Source: Vairimorpha necatrix
Lineage: Eukaryota
Direction: 5' to 3'
Assembly: GCA_036630325.1 (NCBI GenBank)
Contig: CP142726.1
Coordinates: 124,001-188,000, forward strand
Length of the DNA: 64,000 bases
A model generated the notes under the pieces. That model saw only the letters and a list, made by a program, of their open reading frames with translations, ran no database searches and was not told the origin of the DNA. Positions 46,835-57,223 of the stretch are shown one piece after another. The stretch's first letter is position 1, and each line of letters begins with the position of its first letter. The position numbers and the translations under genes are program-made.

Positions 46835-48082
46835 TTACAAGTCGTTAGTATCTTTTTTGTTTGCTTCAGCTTTAGCTAAATCATAAACTACATTTTTAAA
46901 GCGTCTTTTGTGGTTGCATTTCTTATATTTATATAACATGTAATACAAACCACCTAAAATAATGATCGCAACAACACAACATATAGATATTATCCCCGAA
47001 TGATTTGTATCATTAGTAAATATATCATTTAGATCTAAACCATGAACATTGTCGATAGTGTCATTAGTGGCAAAATCCGATATATTAATATGAGCATCGC
47101 GGATAGCTGCCTCACTATTATTAGTAGAATTTGATTTAGGAAAGGAAATGTCGGAAGTAAAATTATGAGAAGTCTTAGTAGTTGCATTTCTGAAATCGGC
47201 AGAATCGTGTGTATAAATTGTATCGACGGTAGAAGAATTTCCAGAATTGTCACTTGTAAAATTAATATTAGATAACGAAATATTATCTATACAATAATCA
47301 TTCAAACTAACTTCTGTCCAATTTTTATCAGTATTATTAATAGATTCCTTTAAACTTGCAACATCAGGATTCATATTCGCAAAATAATAATAATTATCAC
47401 CACATTCAGAACACAGTATCTCCTTTTGGTTATATCTAAGTTCAAGAAGGTACTGACTTTTATATTTCTCTTTTATACATTTATCTAAATTCAATACAAT
47501 ACCTTCACACCATTTATAATAAACATTTGGTAAATTATTTTTCCCATTAGATTCAAAACATAAATTTTCTTTAAATATCTCTCGAATTTCTTTCTGCTGA
47601 AAATTCGCAACAATTATTCTCTCTTTATAACAAAAATTTAATGATCTTATGATATCAAATGTTTTGAAATATATATTATAAAAAAAACTATAATCAAAGT
47701 CGGGGACCTCCTTATAACTAGCACTATTTTCTGCTTTATAAATAGTACTTTCTTCAAGCCTGGGATAATTATCTTCTAATATGCTTAAAAAAATCTTTTT
47801 TAGTACCTTACGATATTTTTTGAAAAAGACTTCCAAATTATCTTTTTTTGAAATATCGCGAAACTCCGGAGCCAAAGTGATGGCTTTCCAAATTACTTCT
47901 CCAACTGCCAGAATAGTACTTTTTGATAAGCTAGCTTTGTTTGAATGGCTCTCAAATAAAAAACAGGCATTATCGAATTTTGGGAATAAAATATTCTGAA
48001 ATTCAAGCGAAGAATTTCCACTGTTTATATCTTTAAAGATGATGGCTACTAAGAGTTTAAGATAAAGAAATTTAGAAAACAT
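46835..48082 (-). CDS. Type I membrane protein, paralog of 31379..32563
   Basis: Signal peptide, same Cys pattern, longer sequon-rich stalk, TM IISICCVVAIIILGGLYYML, basic tail. Confidence 0.9.
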   Translation of the reverse strand: MFSKFLYLKLLVAIIFKDINSGNSSLEFQNILFPKFDNACFLFESHSNKASLSKSTILAVGEVIWKAITLAPEFRDISKKDNLEVFFKKYRKVLKKIFLSILEDNYPRLEESTIYKAENSASYKEVPDFDYSFFYNIYFKTFDIIRSLNFCYKERIIVANFQQKEIREIFKENLCFESNGKNNLPNVYYKWCEGIVLNLDKCIKEKYKSQYLLELRYNQKEILCSECGDNYYYFANMNPDVASLKESINNTDKNWTEVSLNDYCIDNISLSNINFTSDNSGNSSTVDTIYTHDSADFRNATTKTSHNFTSDISFPKSNSTNNSEAAIRDAHINISDFATNDTIDNVHGLDLNDIFTNDTNHSGIISICCVVAIIILGGLYYMLYKYKKCNHKRRFKNVVYDLAKAEANKKDTNDL

Positions 48083-51081
48083 TTTTATGGGGTGTTAAAA
48101 TTTTTTATCAATAAAAATGATCAACAAATGTATTCAAATGTATGAGGTTAAAAAATAATATACCTTGATGTTTTTGAACACAATAGGTATTATTTCGTTA
48201 TTTATAAATTCTATAAGTGATTATATATTGTTCAACATTATTTTTCTAATATAGTAAAAACGAAGCAAAAGATTAAAATGTATGTCTTGAGAATGTTATC
48301 AAAGTTACATCATTTTAGCATTTGGTTTATTCGAATTTTAAGCATAGAAAGGCATGAAATTCGGCAAAAGTAGCTTTAAAACATATTGATTTTATAAAAA
48401 AAATTAATCATGATAAAGAAAAACAATAAATTAAAAATATAGTACGGATAAAAGGTTCAAAGTCTTAATGCGAGAAGATTAAATTAAATAAAATACTAGT
48501 ATTTTTATTTCTTTATAATTCTTTTATTCCAATTTATATATACAAAACACGTAAATACTTTAGCATTTATACCTAGAGTTACAGAAACAATTTTAAGTTC
48601 CATAATTGTATGCCACCAATTCTTAACATCACTTTTATTTTCAGGAGCATTGCATATTTCGAATTATAATAAGCTCTATGCTTCAATATGTAATGTTGAT
48701 GCCTTTAATTAACATATATGACGCAATGTTTTTACATAAAAAAAAAGTAATAATATATTTTATGTAGACAATTAAACTTCTACTGTGAAGTAATTTTTTA
48801 TGTTTATTTTTTTAGCGTTTTGTAAGTCGTTAGGTCTAGTAAAGCCAAATTTAGAAATGAAATTATCTTAATTTTTTTGTTGAGTTTTCTATGACAATAC
48901 AAATACTTATATGTGCGTTACTTAAATTTTGCATAATAACGAAATTACTGGTCTATCCTTTAAAAAAGACTCACATCGATATTTGGTTTAAAATTACAGT
49001 CCACACAACTTTATATACGTGCAACATTTCTTCTTTTAAAATAGGTCTAACGTTTTTGTTACAAATCTAAAGCTTAGAAATCATATGTGTTTTTGCTAAA
49101 AATGAATAGTTATCATAATCCTACAACCCTCATGAACTGTTTGTGCATAATGTTAATTACACTTTTTTTATCTCTGATTAAAAAATATTTTTACAAAATC
49201 TTAGATTCATTTGATATCAAATATGTAAGATATTTTGCAGTAATGCAATAACTATCTATTCTTCTTACTGTTGAAGACAATTGAATATTGTAAATGATAA
49301 TTTTGAGATTTGAGTGTGGTTCATATTTCATTGCGAAAATTTATCATCAATAAAAAAACAAAATTTTAATTTTTTATAATAATACTAGATAGAAGTGCGC
49401 TAAATATCGAAAATTCGCAAAACATTTAGCAACAGGAATGGTATAAAGCTTCTCAAAAAAATGGTCGAATGGAAGCGGGATTCATTTATTATGTAATATT
49501 TAAACAAACGAGTAGGCAAAAATTTCAAACCTAGCCACGAAATATTTGACACTAGTAGTTCTTCATCGCCCTTTATTCCGCTTTCAAAGATTGAAGTGAG
49601 TAATCTAGTTGTAACCGCCTTTTCATTATCTATAAGGCTTTAAATTAATAAACTCCTTGTTCCATTGATAATCCAATTTCTTTACAGCGGGTTTGAGTTT
49701 TTCTTTGCATGAAAATTATAAATGATACTAGACTCCATCTCCTACTTTGTTGATATTCTTACTGTCCCGATTTTTCTTTTCACTTGAGTTACATTCACGT
49801 CTATGGTCTTCCAAACGTTTATTTGCTGCTTTTAAAACCTTATATTATTTTTTTTAAGACCGAGTTCTTTCTCTATGTCAATACTATCATACAAAATTCC
49901 TTAAGGGCCTACTTGGCATTTCCTTAAGCTCCGTGGTATGACGACATATAGGCTTTTGCCAATTTATGTACACATTTTTCCCAATCAAATTTCCCAGATT
50001 TTGTGTTTTTTTCAAACGTAGAGCCAATTATTACATATACCACACATGACTGGGGCGTAGATTAATATTGAAAATTACACTTCTGTTTAAAATTTTTACT
50101 TTTCGTATATTTTTGACAAATTCTATCTTGAAACCTCTCTTCAATTATCTGAAAAAATAGTCTTCAAAACACGGCATTTTCTGAATATATTTTTATCTAC
50201 CAAATAAGTAGCTTTTTCATATCCTTTGTATAAATAGACACTACTTTTGCAGTCTTTGAGAAAAGGTAAATCATTGTCATTATAAGTATAAATTTCTAAT
50301 CTTTATACACCCAAAGACCACATAATGTCTAATTATGTAGTCTCGCACAACGTAAATGCACCTAAAGGTATGAAATCTTCAATTTTTAAGGTTCTTCTTT
50401 TGGCAAATTCCAAACTTATATGTATAATTTTTTATCTCTATTCCTCTTCTTCTAAGTAGGGCAAGGTCCATAATTGTCTTACAATTCGTTTTTATTAAAA
50501 ATTAATAAATCGTAATAAGGGTTTATAGTGCTAAGTATACTTTTTTTTAAGTATTACCAGAACATTCTATCTTTTCTTATTGTATTCTGAGCCTAGCTAC
50601 TCTATATAGTTCATAGGTCCCAAGTTACAAACAAAATCAAAAACGTAGCCGTAGCATCAAAATTCATCTAGCCAACCTATTTTTAATATTCCATGACTTA
50701 AAATCTATTTTTATAGCTAGATAGTTCATTTAAATATATTTTTACTAGATAAGTATTTTCTGAATTGTTAAATAGGCTTTTACAGCAAAGATTTTTGTTC
50801 TGAGGTATAAAAATCTTTACGTCTTAGAGTGTAAATAGTTGTAAGAAGCATCAACATTTTCTTTTTTCATGATCGTTTGTTGCATGACAACATATCCTTC
50901 ATTTGATGCATTTGTGATGAATATAAATTTATCCTTCAAATTTGATGTGATCGCTAGGAACGTTCTCATCATGGCCTGTCTTACCTCTTCAATTTAATTA
51001 CATATTTACCGCTGTATTTCGCATTTTTCCAGAAACAATCTAAATTCTCATTCTTGTGCCTTGTTATATCAAATTTTTATT

Positions 51082-51857
51082 CTTTGCAAAAAAGAAGTAG
51101 GGAGAAACATTACAAAGGTCGAAGGGATTTGAGTATAATACTTGTCCAACTGTTACTGTGAGATCATTACTCGCTGTAACTTTCTAAACATAACTTGCCA
51201 ATACAACAAGCTTCGCCATACCCATGAACTTAGCTCTAAAATATTTTTTCATTTATATCTCGGGTCGCGTTCGGAGTGACCTCACAGCGGATATACTTAA
51301 CGGGCATGATTATCTATAACCCGAAGAGAGACATCATCGTACTGACTCAAAGGTCCCTACAATCATCCGTATTGCACACACGGCTCCTTACACGACCACA
51401 TCACCAGCCCGGCGTTTTTTATTAAGCTGCGTTGACCACCAGTCTCCCACTAATTTTGGCAACCGTGTTACAGAATTTTGTAGGATAGGGTCCACGAGAC
51501 CTTCTATTGCCCTACTTCGTCTAGTCTCTTAGTTAGCTCTAGGATCCCACTCTAGAGTGCACCAGCCATGGGCTCCAACTAGGCCGTACCCATTAGATAT
51601 TTTTATGTATCATCAAGTCCCCAAAGGCGATACTGCTTTTTGGCTTTGAGGTGTGTTTCTATACTAGATGCTAATCCCCTCGTGGCTGGACACACACAAG
51701 TTTCATTGAATCAACTTAATGATTATCGTGGACATTTTCATCATCTGAGTTGTTCCAACTGCATCATAGAAAGTAGAAACAATTTTGGTGCCCCTGGGAA
51801 TCGAACCCAGCCATTGCTCAATGGAAGCATTGCATTCTACCACTGTGCTAAGGGCAC
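51082..51857 (-). mobile_element. tRNA-headed SINE-like/structured ncRNA element, copy 2 (intact head)
   Basis: Cloverleaf-like head with A and B boxes, ~700-bp GC-rich body, ends in T6; interrupts the dead gypsy between RT and RNase H. Confidence 0.88.
51786..51857 (-). ncRNA. tRNA-like head with non-canonical anticodon loop
   Basis: GTGCCCTTAGCACAGTGGTAGAATGCAATGCTTCCATTGAGCAATGGCTGGGTTCGATTCCCAGGGGCACCA; loop TCCATTG lacks U33 and purine 37. Confidence 0.8.
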
Positions 51858-54020
51858 CTTATTAAGAGGGATTCTAAAAATTATTGGTTGAATATAATTA
51901 TATAAAAATCTAAATAATAATTTAATGTCTAAAAATTGTATATGAAGGGTTAACACATTTGTTATATGGCAAATAATTATTTATTTAGTATTATATTATT
52001 ATAAATTTGTGATTTTAGTTTATGGTGTTTCTTCAAGATGCTGTTTGTCCGTTTCGAAATTCATTTTTAAGGGCTATTTTTTTTCAAATTTTCTTTTAAA
52101 TTTTGGCGGACTTTCCACCAACCAAAATATAATCTAAAAATGATAAAAAAGTTCTTATAACTTTAAGAAATATATGTTTTTGTAATCATATTTTTTCTTC
52201 GTCTATATATATTCCCGTATTTTGTTGAACATCAAGAACAAAAATTTAATATCATTTCGTTTTCTTAAAATTAAATCCCACAAATTCGAGTTATTTTGAG
52301 CTTATTTCTAAATATTTGGATGATAATTATGTTTTACTACATATAAATATATCATATATGTATACTATACCAATCATAATTATGAATTGCCTTAAAACGT
52401 TTTGTAACAACCGTATTTTGTAGCCAAGACATTAACAAGTTTAAGCGACATTTTAATAGTTTGAATAACCTTCCCTAAATACAACAGACTATCTTTTCGA
52501 TATTAACATTGCTATATCCACTGTAAAAATAATTTGGGCCGTATAAGCAACTTTCTTTTGTGTATTGGGGATACTCATAATTCGATGTTGTTAAATATTT
52601 TTAATCGTCGCGAATTCAATTCACCCTAACCAAGCCATCTCCTATGATTTCCATTCTTTTACGCCATGATTATACTTTACATGCGCTTTCACTGGTCTGA
52701 TTTTACCAAAAAAGACTCTTTTCAGTTTTTGCAACACAAAACTTGTAATTGAGGTAATATTTGGTTTTGTTCTTTTTATAAACAAAATCCCCCTATAGTT
52801 TTGCCTTTTCCCGGACCCTTTTATACATTATCTCTAAATTTTAATTTTAAATTTTTTTTATCTAATAGATCATGTTTTTTGATACTTAAGATTGTGATCT
52901 CTCACGTTTTACAATTTATCTTTAAATATCATTCTCTTCTGTTTATAATTTCTGCTAAAGTTTTTCAATGATCTTTACCTCAATCTTTTGTCTGCTATAA
53001 GTTATTGTTTCGAAATATTAATAAGTTAGCATGTAGTAACATCTCTGGTCTTTTCAAACTCCAATCTGCACTTGTATAGTCAGCCATTTAAATTTTGCTT
53101 TAGGTATTTATACGGAATTTATAAATGAAATTTATTATTAGACCCAAAAAAAATAATGATTGAAAGTAAATTTTTATAGATCTTTCTTTTTATAGTATTA
53201 CTCTTTTATTCTACTTCCTAGCGTTTTCTCAGAAGTTATCAAATTTCAATTTTAAATTACATAGCGCCTTTTGTTCACAAAAACACATTTATTTGTTTCG
53301 TTCCTCTCGATCTCCAATTCTTCTTGTAGTTACCCTTTCCCCTAATTCCATCTACCCACATATCTGTCCATGTAGTATCACTGCTTATGATGTTTCTTTG
53401 TTAATTTAACATTATTATAGTTTGTGAAACAATCTATCAATATTTTTTTCTTCAATAAAACAATTGTTAAATTATTTGACATTCTTTCTATACTAAGGAA
53501 ATAATTATATTTAGAGTAAAAATTCTCTTGCTCCAATCTATCATTTATCCGAGTAATTTAGAACATAAACACATAAATATTTTGAGCCTCAAAGTTTATT
53601 AACGTTTATTTTTCAAACCACGCTATTATTATACCTCTCTTTTTAAGTCTTTGTTGACTTTTTTAGTGGAAGGTCAATTGGCAGTGGATACAAACAATCC
53701 CACGCCTTTTCTTTTCAAATATTTGAACAGAGGCATTATCTTACCCCATTACTTCTAACACGCTGTAAGAATGCGATGTATATCTTCTCTTGGTTCTTTA
53801 GGATACGAAAGTTTTTATAGTTCTTCGAAAAATTATCGAAATAAAACGTGGCTTTTATATTATTTTAGATAACTATATGCCTTATATTTTAAAACTTGGT
53901 TATGATATATTTAACGCGAGGTATTTTATAAAAAGATTCATTAATTTTTAAAACAATATAAAAAAAAAAAAATTTATATTGTGTAAAATGCCAAAAATTG
54001 ATATTAAAATGTTTTGAGTT

Positions 54021-56198
54021 TTATTTCGATTGTTTTAGGATTTCTACCAATGTATCATGCAACTCTAAATCTTTTTGCCCGTCAAAAAACAATTTTACTA
54101 TTTCGCTTTGCGTAAATTTTGATCTAATATCTTTGATTTTAGTTGCACATTTTTCGTCTTCCATTCCCGTCTCTATTATATTTTTAAAATTTATTATAAG
54201 TAAGTTTCTTAATTCATCGACGGTTTTCCTTTTGATTTTCTCTTTTATAATTTCTAATAATTTTTCGAATTCTGAATTTATTATATTGGTATACTTATTC
54301 AATAAATATTCGCATATGCCTTTTTCAAATTTATCTATATGCTCTTGCACATGACTTGTTATTGTTGGTTTATATTTTTGTAAAGCTAAATCTAATTCAA
54401 TTCGCAGAATCTGTATTTCTGCAGATTTAAAAACATTCTCTATTAGAAATCTACAGTGCTTTGTCAAATTTGCTTGAAGTAATCTCAATTCATCTTCATC
54501 AATTATATTATCAATACAACCCTCATTTATCACTTTATCACAAGACTCGTAACATTTTTTTAATATTTTATTTTCAAACTTCTTCCTAATAGTTATCGCC
54601 TGCATCCTATATTTTTCTTCATTCATTGATTCTAAAATATTTTTATCTAATATTTTAATCGACTCTTCGGCATTTTCCAATACTTTGTCAATGTCATAGC
54701 CCAACTCTTCAAGAAATTTATATTCACTAAAAATAGGATTTGCCATATCTTCTATTGGAGGAAAAGATTCCGAGTCTGTAAATGAGGATAATATTGGTAA
54801 CAAATACCTCTTAACATTCATATTAAACCCTCTTATTACTTTTATATAGGGATTTATATGCTCAAATAACTCCATTAAAGCAACGTATTTAGTATTCTTA
54901 AATTTAAATCTACTAATATTTACTAAAGAAGCAAATATGAACTCTTCTTTTCCTTCAGACTCATTGATGATTTTTTCTGCTTCAAAGAACAGACAAACTT
55001 TAATTAAGAAAAGATGAAAGTTATCTTCAATTAAAAGCTCTGATGTGATTCTCGTTGCTAAATTGATTTTTTCATTGTTATTTAATTCATGTTTGTTGAG
55101 ATCTTCATCTATTATAATCCCACAATATTTACTTATCTGAATTACCCAAATATTTAAAGCAGTACCCGGGCTATTGAGAATTCTTAAAATGATATCTTTG
55201 ACCTTATTTCTATTTTCCAACAATCTATAAAGTAATTCTACTCCTTGAAATTTTTTCTCTATAATTTTACAGATAAATTGTAAAAGTTTTTTAAATTCTT
55301 TGTGACATCTCTCATCGATGATATTCAAATCTATATTTGTATTATTTGAAAGTAGATAATAATCATGACGGAAAGCTTGTCTAAATAATATGCCGGTATC
55401 ATATATTTCAATTCTTAAACCACTATATTCAATTACAAATTCAGTATATATAGTTTCGAATATGTCATCTGCAAAGTATATTTTTATTTTTTCAATATCA
55501 ACAAATTTGTATAGTTCAATTAAAGATGTCATTATTTTATCGTCATAAACTTCTGGTGTTAGTATCGAAATAGAATCAAATACATCGCAATCGACTTCAA
55601 AGAAAAAATAATTTTTTTTTCTATTAATTACTAATCTTATATATTGCTTGTTATTTTTTCTAATCACGTAGTAAACTTTATTGGTCATAATTTGGCGCAA
55701 GTCATCAAATGAAATATTAAATTTTTGAATTAAAAAAGTTGGTTCTATATCTTCATCGTATTCTAAAATATATTCATAATATACTTCTTTGGATTTTTGG
55801 TTATTATCTTTTATATACTTAATAAGATTTTTCATCAAAAGATAATTTACTACATCATTTAATTCATAAACCAGAAAAATGGAATCTGTGAGAAATATTT
55901 GATTATTTTTTTGTATATTTTCTTCAATCTCCCTTGAAATCAATTCTATTGATTTATTATCACATTCAATAGTAAATGTATTTTCTATTTTTTGGTCATA
56001 ATAACTCACAATATCTTTATTTATTTTGCCTATTATTAAATTATCATCATTGTTGTAATGAACCCAAAGTCTCCAATATTTAAGATTGTTGTCAAGCGTG
56101 CAATAATCTTTGTTTATTATCTTATGTTTTAATGATTCAGTAAATGCATCGCAGAATGATTTAATGTTTTGTATAATAAAAAAATTTATAAATTTCAT
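54021..56198 (-). CDS. Hypothetical 725-aa protein, possibly secreted, helical C-terminus
   Basis: Long ORF, C-run before ATG, short hydrophobic N-terminus; decayed paralogs elsewhere in window. Confidence 0.85.
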   Translation of the reverse strand: MKFINFFIIQNIKSFCDAFTESLKHKIINKDYCTLDNNLKYWRLWVHYNNDDNLIIGKINKDIVSYYDQKIENTFTIECDNKSIELISREIEENIQKNNQIFLTDSIFLVYELNDVVNYLLMKNLIKYIKDNNQKSKEVYYEYILEYDEDIEPTFLIQKFNISFDDLRQIMTNKVYYVIRKNNKQYIRLVINRKKNYFFFEVDCDVFDSISILTPEVYDDKIMTSLIELYKFVDIEKIKIYFADDIFETIYTEFVIEYSGLRIEIYDTGILFRQAFRHDYYLLSNNTNIDLNIIDERCHKEFKKLLQFICKIIEKKFQGVELLYRLLENRNKVKDIILRILNSPGTALNIWVIQISKYCGIIIDEDLNKHELNNNEKINLATRITSELLIEDNFHLFLIKVCLFFEAEKIINESEGKEEFIFASLVNISRFKFKNTKYVALMELFEHINPYIKVIRGFNMNVKRYLLPILSSFTDSESFPPIEDMANPIFSEYKFLEELGYDIDKVLENAEESIKILDKNILESMNEEKYRMQAITIRKKFENKILKKCYESCDKVINEGCIDNIIDEDELRLLQANLTKHCRFLIENVFKSAEIQILRIELDLALQKYKPTITSHVQEHIDKFEKGICEYLLNKYTNIINSEFEKLLEIIKEKIKRKTVDELRNLLIINFKNIIETGMEDEKCATKIKDIRSKFTQSEIVKLFFDGQKDLELHDTLVEILKQSK

Positions 56199-57223
56199 GG
56201 GGGGTAAAAAAAAATTTATTTTTTACAATAAAGTAGTTGTTGACGTGGAAAAAATATTAAATTAGAGCCGTTTTGTTATATTTAAAAGTTGTTTAAGTTC
56301 TTAAAGTTTTTAATAGCCCAGAATTATAAATGTTGTCTGATGTTCTTGATTACTCACATCATTATCTTCTTATATGACAAAAAAATTATTTCTTCTAAAT
56401 TATCTATAAAACTAGAGACGAATTAAATATATTAAACATTAAATTTTATTTTTATTAATAAAAATTAATGTTAAATTTCATAGATTTTTTTTTTTATTTT
56501 TTGGTGTTCCAATAGAACATAAATTCAACTTTAAAAAGACTAGTTACATGTATTAAAACATACAACGTCAAAAAATCAATCTCGTAAACGATGACGTGTG
56601 AGATACTTGACATTAACTTACACGAAATGTAAAATTAAAATATGATTTGATCTAATGGGTTTGCTTACACAACAAATCGAATTAGAAGTTTATACTATTT
56701 GAATGTTATTTGCACATATTTTACCATTTAAAATTAAAATCTGCTTTAAAATAAGTGCGTATGTTTGAAATTATGTGTAAAGTTTTATTCTCTTGTCATA
56801 TTTAGGGAATAACATTGGATAAACCATGACCTTATCATATACTGCAAATTCCAAAGCATTGTTTTGTTTTAGTAATCCTTCTTTTTATAAACATCAAAAT
56901 CAATTCAATTTTAATTGGAAAATAAGTTTATAATACCAAGCCAGAGTTGTTTACGTCCAAAAGGAGATTTTGCTACTTGCGTCATCAGATTTAAAAGTTA
57001 AAACATACAGTATTATTAAAATTAAAACTCTTTTTCTCTGTAATCCACATAATATTTATAGTATAGAGAATTATATGCATATATATATATATATTGTCAA
57101 TAGTTTTATTCAAGTTTTCCCTCTCCTCTTTTGGAAATGATTATAAATAGTTTAAGATCCAATCAAAAACGTCCATTTGTCAAAAGATGATTGGCTGGAC
57201 TTGATGGACTGCGACATATATAA

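Larger units (their letters stand above)
49560..53790 (-). mobile_element. Heavily decayed Ty3/gypsy element related to 22858..26567 (limits approximate)
   Basis: Minus-strand remnants in expected order: PR-like (~53070), RT VIVYIYDIFICSKT (~52360), RNase H KDKFIFITNASNEG (~50920) and NIKNRLAR, IN GKFDWEKCVHKLAKAYMSSYH (~49970), KVGDGV. Confidence 0.8.

Noticed and set aside
51786-51857. Functional tRNA-Met(CAT) or tRNA-Gly(TCC)
   Set aside because: Anticodon loop is non-canonical, acceptor and T stems compete for one base, and it is the head of a repeated element whose second copy has a decayed head
54021-56198. Divergent Hsp70-like assignment
   Set aside because: No phosphate-loop or other Hsp70 signature motifs
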